Shown here piece by piece: positions 37,601 through 45,934 of a DNA stretch of 64,000 bases (positions are counted from its first letter, which is position 1; each line of letters starts with the position of its first letter). The DNA lies in contig CAYTTR010000007.1 in the NCBI GenBank assembly GCA_964440805.1, positions 9,795 to 73,794 of the forward strand. Direction: 5' to 3'. The notes below the pieces were generated by a model that was not told the DNA's origin, ran no database searches, and saw only the letters and a program-made list of their open reading frames with translations. Position numbers and translations under genes: made by a program. The DNA is from an uncultured Eubacteriales bacterium (GTDB taxonomy: Bacteria; Acidobacteriota; Aminicenantia; Aminicenantales; Aminicenantaceae).

Positions 37601-40288
37601 TACCGGAATTCCTTGGCTTTGGTTTCGCTGGAAAGAGAGAATGTCATGGATAGCTGGGTGGTTGAGCTTGAAGGCACTTCTGATTTTCTGACCGTTGCTC
37701 TTGACTCAAGCCATATTCCCAATGTCTTTGTCTCCGTGCTCCTTCTTCAGAGTAAAGCTGAGCTGGAAAAGGAAGGCATTGACGGCATGGGCGATCCTTC
37801 AATGAAAATCGGTTATGCCTCTTTGACCGTTGAGCCTGAAGAAAAAAGGTTGGCGGTTGAGATAGCGGAAATAAAACCTGACTACAGGCCGGGAGAAGAA
37901 GTCAGCCTTAAGCTTCGGGTAAAAGACAGTAAAGGCAGGCCTTCTCAAGCTGATTTATCTTTAGCTGTAGTTGATCTGGGAGTGCTGAACCTGATCGGCT
38001 TCCGGACACCTGATCCTTTCTCTGCTTATTACCGCCATCAATCTTTGGCTGTCCATACGGCCGATAACCGTCCTTACCTTGTCCGCCAGCCTGTTTTGGG
38101 CGAGAAGGGGGAAGAAGTTGGAGGCGGGAGCGGGGAGAGGTTGAAAGCTGCAGGGTTGTCATTGCTTTCAGAGGTGGAACTAAGAGGTGATTTCCGGTTT
38201 ACTGCTTATTGGAATCCGTCGATAGAGACAGATGAAGCCGGCGAGGCTTCAGTCCGATTTACACTTCCCGATAACTTAACCACTTTCCGGGTGATGGCTG
38301 TTGCCCAAACAAAGAATTCTTGTTTCGGCCGGGCGGAAAAAACCCTTAAAGTAAGCAAAACTCTTCTCCTTAGGGCTTCTTTTCCCCGCTTTGCCCGGGT
38401 GGGAGATGAATTTCAAGCAGGAGTGGTTGTCCACAATAATTCCGGAAAAAACGAGGAAATCATTCTTTACTGCCGGGCTGAGGGAATATCCCTTCTGGAT
38501 AAAGAAGCAGCCGGGAGTTTTATTCTTAAGGCCGGGGAAGCTGAAGAAATTTCCTTCTCCTTTCTGGCTGAAAAGCCGGGGGAGGCCCTGATTGAATTTA
38601 GAGGAAAAATGGGAGAAGAAACCGACGGTTTGGAGGTAAAAATTCCTCTTAAAAAACCGAAGCCGGCCGAAGCTGAGGCGCTTTTTGCCTCCACTTCAGA
38701 CACGGCTGAAGAATTAATTGAGATTCCCGAAAATATTGATCCTTCCGAAAGCAGGCTCGACATCCTGCTTTCTCCCAGTGCGTTGGCCGGTATAAAAGAA
38801 AGCTATGATTATCTGGCTGAATATCCTTATTTATGCTTAGAACAAAGACTATCCTCGGTTCTACCCTATCTTGTGGCTGGAGATATGCTCCTGGAATTTG
38901 GTTTAAGCAGGCTTGATGCTGAAAAAATGAAACAGTATGTCCGGGAAGAGTTGGACAAAATCAAGGAATACCAGAGAGAAAACGGAGGTTTCGGTCTTTG
39001 GCCGGATTCGGTCAAAGAATCCCCTTTTATTTCCTGCTATGCCGGTCTGGCTCTGACTAAAGCAAGAGCAAAGGGGATTGAAATAGATAGTCATGTCCTT
39101 AGCAATCTCATTGAATACTTGCAAGGCTTTCTCAGGAACAAAGTCAATAAAAACGATTTTCCCTACAGCGAGAGGTCCTGGAATACTGTCCAGGCCTTTG
39201 CCCTTTACATCCTGGCCCTTCTGGATAAGCCTGAACCGGGCTATAGTGAGAAACTTTTTACCAATCGGGAAGGTCTTTCCACTTTTGCCAAAACCCTTTT
39301 ACTGAAGGCTATCTATAGGGGAAACGGGGCTGATTCTGCCCGGGACATTCTGGTTCAAGAGCTTTTAAATATGGTTAAAATGGCTCCCACTACGGCACAT
39401 TTCGAAGATGATGAGGGAAGTCGAGGAGGATGGATTTACAGCTCCGGCCTTCGAACGACTGCCTTTGTTCTGCAAAGCCTTCTTGAGGCAGGTGAAAATC
39501 CTCCATTTCTTCCCGATATTGTCCGCTGGCTCGTTGAAAAGAAAAAAGCGGGGCGGTGGGCCTCTACCCAGGAAAACTTCTTTGTTTTTTATGCCCTGAA
39601 TGATTTCTATAAGAGACAGGAGAAAGAAAAGCCTGATTTTGCGGCTGAAATATATTTTGCCGGAAAGAAAATTCTGGAGGAGACATTTAAGGAAAGGGAT
39701 ATAATCCGGCAAACCGGTCAATCCTTGAATGAAGTTGAGCAAGGCAAGTTACTCCCCATGAAAATAAAGTTGACCGGAAAAGGGAATCTATACTATCAGG
39801 CTCGATTAGTCTATGTACCACTTTCTCCGCTTCCCGCCAGAGATGAAGGATTGGGAGTCTATAAGAAAATAATGAGTTTGGATGGAAAACCTTTAGATTC
39901 CTTGCAGGCAGGTTCTCTTGTAGTAGTTACTTTGGAGTTTGTTCTTCCTCAAGAAAGCTTGTTCTTAGTGGTCGACGACCCGTTGCCGGCCGGCCTCGAA
40001 GCCGTCAATACCAGCTATCTCACAGAAAGCGAAGAAGAACGGAAAAAACTGGAACAACTTACCGGTAAGCAGAGAAGATGGTGGGAAGGATTCAATCATA
40101 TTGAAATGCATGATGATAGAATTCTACTTTTTGCCGATTCTCTTTCTCCGGGCATTCACAGCTACAGCTATTTAGCCAGGGTTTTAACTTCAGGTGTTTT
40201 TAAGCTACCCGGGACGAAAATCGAAGAAATGTATTCACCTGAAGTTTACGGACGGAGTGAAGAGAAGATTATTAAAATTACTCGATGA
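34616..40288 (+). CDS. yfhM: Bacterial alpha-2-macroglobulin (YfhM/ECAM-type) lipoprotein with intact CLEQ thioester
   Basis: 1890 aa. The N-terminal lipoprotein-type signal (…LIAFSTCQKEEG), many MG-like repeats, and the thioester motif YPYLCLEQRLS at 38834-38845 all fit. It is directly followed by pbpC, the conserved A2M-PBP1C pairing. Confidence 0.85.
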   Translation: MRNLMRNKNKIFFLSFLFLWLIAFSTCQKEEGKDLPGAEMEPGGKLEVVFFSPAEKTTAPHEARSVLVVFDRPMVPLGAFSREQAPSFLRFTPSFPGKYRWLNPRTVEFSPEKRFPFSTGITVTIPEGTSSYDRYTMTEDFSWSFETVRPRLIDHYPKDGQKWLPPEPSILLVFNQPVQARKARDFLDVFELREKGGETSVEIDIKTPAKEMLEEHRIVSSPSEVLLVVPKKRLSFGSSCLVSLKPGFPAKEGKLSMEKGVSFRFDIYGPFWFEDFIVAEEHNPYDALQFRFSNPVFYKEFVQKIKFQPSVKIPDYYSEWEERSSNLWLSLPLNPETEYKIQVDASLQDVFGNKLSQEVEKKFLTASFPPSISVSTGHGIIDASGEPKFHFTAVNLKELDFQVARLKKDDIIPLLIQDRFLWANYKFSKKNFFQAKQNLHPELIRNKKEIVSLDLGKYLPEKRGILFIQMDPHLDENGSRYPKAFLQVTSLGLSAKFSPESTLIWLTGLSDSGPVAGASIELRDDKNKLLWKGVTGKDGLCRAPGWYNLKLKSPKQWSQPRMWVFAEKEGDMVFISSEWETGIYPYRFGINYDWNPQPVPITGYIYTDRGIYRAGETVNLKGIIRQKEKGEWKHPSAKTVKCEVYDPFQKIIYKENIRLDEYSSFSFSLETDVDAPLGSYQVVADLPLDEGSRERTSFSSWFRVEAFRPAEFEVHIKSAKESYTFGETYKAEVKASYLFGGAMSSQEIDWHLRLNPASFSPPGFEEYIFGNLIDRWQEDGEKSRLISSGQSKLDENGKISLSAALKPEKERDSVVASLEATVRGPSRRAVSSRIKTIVHRGDFYIGLKPETTFLEKGKKVSVKVVTVNGEGEMDPGKKIELKLFRREWHSVRKEGMGGSFHWISEKEDIELESRVLETEETPSEVSFIPEKAGFYLIKAEGKDRRGNTVTTTAYFYATGGDYVPWERSDDDVVELVADRSSYCPGDKARLLVKSPYRNSLALVSLERENVMDSWVVELEGTSDFLTVALDSSHIPNVFVSVLLLQSKAELEKEGIDGMGDPSMKIGYASLTVEPEEKRLAVEIAEIKPDYRPGEEVSLKLRVKDSKGRPSQADLSLAVVDLGVLNLIGFRTPDPFSAYYRHQSLAVHTADNRPYLVRQPVLGEKGEEVGGGSGERLKAAGLSLLSEVELRGDFRFTAYWNPSIETDEAGEASVRFTLPDNLTTFRVMAVAQTKNSCFGRAEKTLKVSKTLLLRASFPRFARVGDEFQAGVVVHNNSGKNEEIILYCRAEGISLLDKEAAGSFILKAGEAEEISFSFLAEKPGEALIEFRGKMGEETDGLEVKIPLKKPKPAEAEALFASTSDTAEELIEIPENIDPSESRLDILLSPSALAGIKESYDYLAEYPYLCLEQRLSSVLPYLVAGDMLLEFGLSRLDAEKMKQYVREELDKIKEYQRENGGFGLWPDSVKESPFISCYAGLALTKARAKGIEIDSHVLSNLIEYLQGFLRNKVNKNDFPYSERSWNTVQAFALYILALLDKPEPGYSEKLFTNREGLSTFAKTLLLKAIYRGNGADSARDILVQELLNMVKMAPTTAHFEDDEGSRGGWIYSSGLRTTAFVLQSLLEAGENPPFLPDIVRWLVEKKKAGRWASTQENFFVFYALNDFYKRQEKEKPDFAAEIYFAGKKILEETFKERDIIRQTGQSLNEVEQGKLLPMKIKLTGKGNLYYQARLVYVPLSPLPARDEGLGVYKKIMSLDGKPLDSLQAGSLVVVTLEFVLPQESLFLVVDDPLPAGLEAVNTSYLTESEEERKKLEQLTGKQRRWWEGFNHIEMHDDRILLFADSLSPGIHSYSYLARVLTSGVFKLPGTKIEEMYSPEVYGRSEEKIIKITR

Positions 40289-42552
40289 GAAAAATTAAGA
40301 CATTCTTGTTGTTGGGAGCAGTTGCACTTGTTTTTCTCCTTTCTGTTTCTCTTTATCTCCCGTTTCCCAGGGGAAAACTGAGTGCGGCTCCCCAAGTATC
40401 TTTTTCTATTCTGGACCGGGAAGGGATTTTGCTGAGGGAAGTGCTTTCCGATGAGGGAGGCCGCTGCCGCTGGCTCGGTCTTGATGAAATCTCACCGGAA
40501 TTAATCTGGGCCACGGTTGAGGCTGAAGACAAGCATTTTTTCCTCCATCCCGGGGTGGATTTTTTAGCTGTGCTCAGAGCTCTCGGGCAGAATTTAATTC
40601 ATGGTAGGGTTGTTTCCGGTGCTTCAACCATCAGCCAGCAGGTAGTGCGGAATATATTCAGATACAAAAGAAATTTGTTGGTGAAGATTAGAGAAATCTG
40701 GTTGGCATTGAGGTTGGAAAAGACATTGACCAAGGAAGAAATCCTCGTTCAGTATCTTAACCGGATTTCCTATGGAAACCAAGCCTATGGAATTGAGGCT
40801 GCTTCCCGGCTTTATTTTGATAAACCTGCCTGCGATTTGAGCCTGGCCGAAGCTGCTTTTCTGTCCGGTCTTCCCCGGTCTCCGACAGGGCTTAATCCTT
40901 ACCGCAGTTTCCCGGCCGCCAAAAAGCGGCAGGAGAAAATTCTTGATTTGATGCTGGCCCGGGACCGGATTACCCGGGATCAATGGGAAAGAGCTGTGAA
41001 CCAGGAATTGGCTTTGATCCCGGATTCAATTAAGTTCAAAGCGCCTCACTTTTGTGATTTTATTCTCAGCCGGATTCCTCCGGAAAAAAGGAGGAAACTG
41101 GTGGCTGTTCGAACAACCTTGAATGTTTTTATTCAGGAGAAAGTGGAAAAACTTGTCCGATTCCACCTTGATTTAATCAAAGAAAAAAACATAACCAATG
41201 CTGCTGTTCTGGTCATGGATAATGCTTTCGGGGAAATTTTGGCCATGGTCGGTTCCAGAGACTTTTTTGACGGCCGGAACAGCGGACAGGTTAACGGCGC
41301 TCTTGCGCTCCGTCAGCCTGGTTCGACGCTGAAGCCGTTCACCTATGCCTTAGCTATAGAGAATGGAATGACTCCTGCTTCGGTTATCCAGGATCGAAGC
41401 CTGCAATACCGGACTCCGGAAGGAAATTACAGGCCGCAAAATTACGATCAACGCTTCCGGGGACCGGTTCGCTTAAGGGAAGCTCTCGCCTGTTCCTACA
41501 ATATTCCGGCGGTTTCCGTTCTTCATCAGCTCGGTCAGGATAGGCTTTATTACAGATTAAAGTCGCTTGGATTTGAAAGCCTGGAAAAAGGGCCTGGTTA
41601 TTACGGAATAGGTCTTACCCTCGGTAATGGAGAAGTAACGCTGCTTGAACTTGTCCGATCCTATTCTGCTCTGGCCAGAGGCGGGTTTTTTCTCAAGGAA
41701 AAATATATAATCGAACTTCAAGGCCTTAAAGAGCAGTTGACTGAAAAATCCGGGAACAATGGGGAGATAAAACCGGCAAGGGTATTTTCTCCCGAAGTTT
41801 CTTATATTATTACCCATATCCTTTCTGATAATGATGCCAGAGTTCCTTCATTCGGATATCTTTCTCCAATGAACCTTTCTTTTGCCTGTGCAGCCAAAAC
41901 AGGAACGACCCGGGAGTTCAAGGACAATTGGCTGGTTGGTTACAGTCCCCGGTTTACGGTTGGTGTTTGGGTCGGCAATTTTGACGGTTCTCCCATGCAC
42001 AATGTTTCGGGAATTGCCGGCTGCGGGCTGCTTTTCAAAGATATAATGCTTCTCCTTGAAGCTAAAACAACTCAGGAGGAATTCAAGCGTCCCCAAGATC
42101 TAATTCAAGCCGAGGTTTGTCCTGTATCCGGGTTGAAGGCTTCCTCTTCTTGCCCCGGTTTTTTAGAGGAACTTTTTCTCCCAGGAACAGAACCCAGGGA
42201 AGAGTGCTTTGTTCATGAGAAAGAAGATTCCGGAGTTAACCTGGCGGATTTCATAAATCATCGGGAAGGATTAAACTTCGAAATAAGATCTCCGGTTGAA
42301 GGAGATGTTTTCCGGATGGACAATGTTCTTCTGGGTGAATATCAGAGACTGAAACTTGAAGTCTCTTTGCCGCCATGGTTGGAGACAGAAGAAGTAGAAT
42401 GGATAGTGGATGGACGGAAGATATCCCGGGTGAAATATCCGTTTTTTTCTTTCTGGAAGCTTGAACCCGGCCGGCACACAGTTGAAGCAGCAGCCGTTAC
42501 TCCAGATAAAACAATTTATTCCCAGACGGTTAGTTTTCAGGTTTTAAAATGA
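40285..42552 (+). CDS. pbpC: Penicillin-binding protein 1C (bifunctional glycosyltransferase/transpeptidase)
   Basis: GT51 motifs (EDKHFFLHPGVD, GASTISQQVVRN), transpeptidase motifs (STLKPF, SYN, KTGT) and the C-terminal PBP1C-specific domain. Overlaps the A2M stop by 4 nt. Confidence 0.85.
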   Translation: MRKIKTFLLLGAVALVFLLSVSLYLPFPRGKLSAAPQVSFSILDREGILLREVLSDEGGRCRWLGLDEISPELIWATVEAEDKHFFLHPGVDFLAVLRALGQNLIHGRVVSGASTISQQVVRNIFRYKRNLLVKIREIWLALRLEKTLTKEEILVQYLNRISYGNQAYGIEAASRLYFDKPACDLSLAEAAFLSGLPRSPTGLNPYRSFPAAKKRQEKILDLMLARDRITRDQWERAVNQELALIPDSIKFKAPHFCDFILSRIPPEKRRKLVAVRTTLNVFIQEKVEKLVRFHLDLIKEKNITNAAVLVMDNAFGEILAMVGSRDFFDGRNSGQVNGALALRQPGSTLKPFTYALAIENGMTPASVIQDRSLQYRTPEGNYRPQNYDQRFRGPVRLREALACSYNIPAVSVLHQLGQDRLYYRLKSLGFESLEKGPGYYGIGLTLGNGEVTLLELVRSYSALARGGFFLKEKYIIELQGLKEQLTEKSGNNGEIKPARVFSPEVSYIITHILSDNDARVPSFGYLSPMNLSFACAAKTGTTREFKDNWLVGYSPRFTVGVWVGNFDGSPMHNVSGIAGCGLLFKDIMLLLEAKTTQEEFKRPQDLIQAEVCPVSGLKASSSCPGFLEELFLPGTEPREECFVHEKEDSGVNLADFINHREGLNFEIRSPVEGDVFRMDNVLLGEYQRLKLEVSLPPWLETEEVEWIVDGRKISRVKYPFFSFWKLEPGRHTVEAAAVTPDKTIYSQTVSFQVLK

Positions 42553-42954
42553 GTAGGGGTCGATATAGTTGAAGAAAAAAAGAACAGCAGGTTTGCCCTT
42601 CGCTTTACTTCGGCGCTTTTTCGCCATTCTCTCACCGCTCTTCTCGGCGGCTGCGTAACTCCGCATAATTGATTCTTAAAAATCTATTTTATTGTTTTAA
42701 TCCTTATCTTAATCGATATGCCTGCGGCGTGCTCAATACATACTCGCCGTCCAACAAAGTCGGATTCCCTCGAATAGCGGCTCGAGAAGGCTAGCGCCTC
42801 AATGTCGCTCCGGGCAAACCTGTTGTTCTTTAAGTATTATGATTTTATCCTTATTAATTAACAATGGAGGAAAGCTTATTACAATTAATCATGGTTAGAT
42901 TTTAAATGACAACATGATAAAAGCTACGGTTAGATTTTTAAATGACTTGACAGG

Positions 42955-43034
42955 TGGAGGGCTTTTCATCCACGATGAATGAAAATGATCATGTTTAATT
43001 TTTTCGGTTGCCAATTACTTTTCTCGATCGTCTT
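42955..43034. repeat. REP-B repeat, copy 3 (partial), immediately upstream of MITE copy c
   Basis: CACGATGAATGAAAATGATCATGTTTAATTTTTTCGGTTGCCAATTACTTTTCTCGATCGTC aligns with the 3' half of REP-B copies at 8600-8653 and 19010-19064. Confidence 0.5.
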
Positions 43035-43064
43035 AATTATCTTCTTTTAATTACTTAACCTGAA

Positions 43065-43324
43065 CTATTCATAAAAAAGGCCGATACTTTTTATATCACA
43101 AATAATATGAATAAGTTAATAGAATTTATTATGGCGTACGTAAATAAAGTATGTTTATAAAACTCTGTCATAGGATTTTATCTTAAATCGGCCTTTTTTA
43201 CCCTATGGGCGAGCCGATCTCGGCGCATCTGCTTCGTTACAGGACACTTGCGGTGGAGAACCACAGCTGCGTGTCCTGTGCCTCGCAGCTGCACCAACCT
43301 CGACTCGTGAATAATCCAGGTTAA
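43065..43324. mobile_element. MITE-like element, copy c (best-preserved long form, 260 bp) with TTAA flanks
   Basis: Starts TTAACCTGAACTATTCATAAAAAAGGCCGATAC and ends CTCGTGAATAATCCAGGTTAA. It contains the 55-bp core CTGCTTCGTTACAGGACACTTGCGGTGGAGAACCACAGCTGCGTGTCCTGTGCCTCGCA, which can fold as a 9-bp stem ACAGGACAC/GTGTCCTGT. Confidence 0.7.
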
Positions 43325-43377
43325 TAAACTAAACAGACCAAATAGACTTTTTTTGAAAAATTTAAGGCAACCATTTT

Positions 43378-44901
43378 TTAACCCAGACTGCCGATCTCTT
43401 TTTCTACTTCTTCCAGTATTCTGCAGGAGCAGACTAATTCCATCATCCGGGTATGGTCGGGGTAGAGGGGCCGGTCTTCATCGAGATGCTCCACATGCTG
43501 TCTGATAATCCGGTGAGCTGCCTGAACTCCCCGGCCCGGTGTAAATTCCCTGAAATCAAGAGCCTGGGCAGCGGCCATAAACTCAATTCCCAGGATACCG
43601 TGGGCATTTTCCAATATCTGTCTGTTTTTGATGGCCGTGTTCATTCCCATGGAGACAAAATCTTCCTGGTCTGCTGCTGCCGGGATGGACTGAATGCTGG
43701 CCGGCAAGGAGAGGATTCTCTGTTCAACAATCAGGCTGTCGGCAGCGTATTGGCTGAGCATCATCCCGGACATCATTCCGGCTCCTTTGGTCAAAAAAGC
43801 GGGGAGTCCAACACTTAGGGCCGGATTAGTCAACCGGTTAAGCCTCCGTTCAGAGAGAACGCAGACCATGGTCACGGCCGCCCCGACCATATCCATGGGA
43901 AGACTGACCGGGGTCCCCTGAAAATTAGCTCCGGTTAGAGTCAGTTTATACTGGGGAAGGAAAAGAGGATTATCGGCTGCTCCATTGAGTTCTGTTTCAA
44001 CTTGTTTCCAAGCCCAGCCAACAGCATCATGGACAGCCCCGATTACCTGAGGTGATGAACGCATGGAGTAGGCATCCTGGACTTTTGTTTTTACTTTCCC
44101 CAAGAGAAGGTCACTGCCTTCTATGCACTTCATAATAGCCCGGGCCGCTCTGACTGCTCCGGGGAAGCCCCGCAGTTCATGAAGCCTGATATGGTAAGGT
44201 TTCATATTGGCAAATAGAGCTTCCAGACTCATGGCACAGGCGATTTCAGCTTGCTTGAGCCAGCGGTTTATATCGTAAAGATGAAGGGCACTCATTGCCG
44301 TAAGAAGATTGGAACCATTGATGCATGACAGTCCGTCTCTGGCCTTTAATCCTGGAATCGGAATCCCCGCTTTTTCCATGGCTTCTTTTCCGGGCAGCCG
44401 CTGGCCCTGGAAGTAAGCCTCACCTTCTCCCAGCATTAAGAGGGCAATCTGGGACATGGGAGCCAGATCACCGCAGGCCCCGACTGAACCTTTCTGGCAA
44501 ACTACCGGGGTAACTCCCTTGTTGAGCATTTCTACCAGAGTCATGGTAATTTCAGGACGGCAGCCGGAATAACCTTTAGCTTGAACATTAATCCGGCTGG
44601 CCATGGCACCCCGTACATACTCCTCCGGGGCCGGATCTCCAATGCCGGCTGCATGGTTGTAGATGAGATATCTTTGAAACTGCTTGACCTGGTCATCAGT
44701 TAGGACAACTTCCGAAAACTCGCCTATTCCGGTATTAACTCCGTACATTATTTCTTTGGCTTCAATTTTTTCCTCAAGCATTTTCCGGCAGGTTTTTATT
44801 CTTTCTATTGCTCCGGAGTCAAGCTCAACTTTTTCTCCATAACGGGCAATTCTGACAAGTTTGTCCACAGTAAGACCGGAACCGTTAAGTATTATGGACA
44901 T
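43378..44901 (-). CDS. hutH: Histidine ammonia-lyase family protein (aromatic amino acid lyase/aminomutase fold) with Ala-Cys-Gly at the MIO-forming position
   Basis: GSVGACGDLAPMSQIA aligns with the HAL/PAL signature GSVGASGDLAPLSHLA. Other conserved blocks are present (YGVNTGIG, NHAAGIG, ...DRPLY...). No hutU/hutI neighbours in the window. Confidence 0.75.
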   Translation of the reverse strand: MSIILNGSGLTVDKLVRIARYGEKVELDSGAIERIKTCRKMLEEKIEAKEIMYGVNTGIGEFSEVVLTDDQVKQFQRYLIYNHAAGIGDPAPEEYVRGAMASRINVQAKGYSGCRPEITMTLVEMLNKGVTPVVCQKGSVGACGDLAPMSQIALLMLGEGEAYFQGQRLPGKEAMEKAGIPIPGLKARDGLSCINGSNLLTAMSALHLYDINRWLKQAEIACAMSLEALFANMKPYHIRLHELRGFPGAVRAARAIMKCIEGSDLLLGKVKTKVQDAYSMRSSPQVIGAVHDAVGWAWKQVETELNGAADNPLFLPQYKLTLTGANFQGTPVSLPMDMVGAAVTMVCVLSERRLNRLTNPALSVGLPAFLTKGAGMMSGMMLSQYAADSLIVEQRILSLPASIQSIPAAADQEDFVSMGMNTAIKNRQILENAHGILGIEFMAAAQALDFREFTPGRGVQAAHRIIRQHVEHLDEDRPLYPDHTRMMELVCSCRILEEVEKEIGSLG

Positions 44902-44949
44902 AGAGCTCCTCCCTTAAGTTTAGTTTTCAGTTAAATATAACAAAGCATA

Positions 44950-45891
44950 ATGAAGAAAGCAGTATATGAAGATAACTATAAACCGTCAAATTATTCTATA
45001 ATAATTGAAGTCATGGTTTTAAGGAAAAAAGCTGTTTTACTGGGGATTGTTTTTTTGCTCCTTGAAAGCAGTTTTTTTGCTGGAGATATCGGGAAAATTT
45101 GTTCCCATAAAGAAAATCCGTTTTTTTTAAAAAATAACGGACAGGACATAGCTCGGACTTTAATAAAAAATGACACAGCGGAGACAATTTCCTACTCAAT
45201 TCTATTACTTAGCCCCGGTGAAGAGTCAAGAAAAAAGTTAATCAATCCGGGAGAAATACATTACTACCCCGGTTATTTTGCCCTGAAAATTACTTTTTCA
45301 AGAAACAGCCGAGAACTTATTTACAGGCTTAACCCAGGGAATGTCTATGCTTTTAAGCAGGATAGACAAGGGAAGTTGGATGTTTTTGTAAGCAGTGAAG
45401 TTCGAGCTGATTATGAATCATCGGTTCCTTTTGTGACCACTCCTTCGGATATTGTCAGGGAAATGTTAAGAGTATCGGAGGTGAAACCTGAAGATATTGT
45501 TTATGATCTCGGCAGCGGTGACGGCCGGATTATAATCACGGCAGCCCGGGAATTTGGAGCCGGAGGTATTGGAGTGGATATCGATCCGGAACTGGTTAAA
45601 CTGTCCAAAAAAAGGGCTCTTCAGGCAGGCGTGAGTGATAAAGTAGAATTCAAGGTAGAGGATGTCTTTAAAACCGATATTTCAAAAGCCACTGTAGTTA
45701 CTCTTTACATGTTGTGCGAAGTCAATGAAAATCTTAGGTGTTATCTTGATGATAATCTTCAGAATGGAGGCAGGGTAGTAACCCATAATTATCCAATACC
45801 GGGTTGGGCTGCAAACTTGATTGACACTGTTTCACTTAGATCAGAAGAGGACGGAGAAGAACATATAATTTATCTTTACCAAAAATATTAA
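44950..45891 (+). CDS. Secreted or membrane-anchored class I SAM-dependent methyltransferase with uncharacterised N-terminal domain (likely start MVLRKK at 45013)
   Basis: Hydrophobic N-terminal segment AVLLGIVFLLL. C-terminal half has SAM motif I VYDLGSGDGRIIITAA and motif-II-like GVDIDPELV...VEFKVEDVF. Confidence 0.55.
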   Translation: MKKAVYEDNYKPSNYSIIIEVMVLRKKAVLLGIVFLLLESSFFAGDIGKICSHKENPFFLKNNGQDIARTLIKNDTAETISYSILLLSPGEESRKKLINPGEIHYYPGYFALKITFSRNSRELIYRLNPGNVYAFKQDRQGKLDVFVSSEVRADYESSVPFVTTPSDIVREMLRVSEVKPEDIVYDLGSGDGRIIITAAREFGAGGIGVDIDPELVKLSKKRALQAGVSDKVEFKVEDVFKTDISKATVVTLYMLCEVNENLRCYLDDNLQNGGRVVTHNYPIPGWAANLIDTVSLRSEEDGEEHIIYLYQKY

Positions 45892-45934
45892 GTTTTTAAA
45901 GCAGAATGTTTCCTTTTAAGGAGAGAATATTGTC

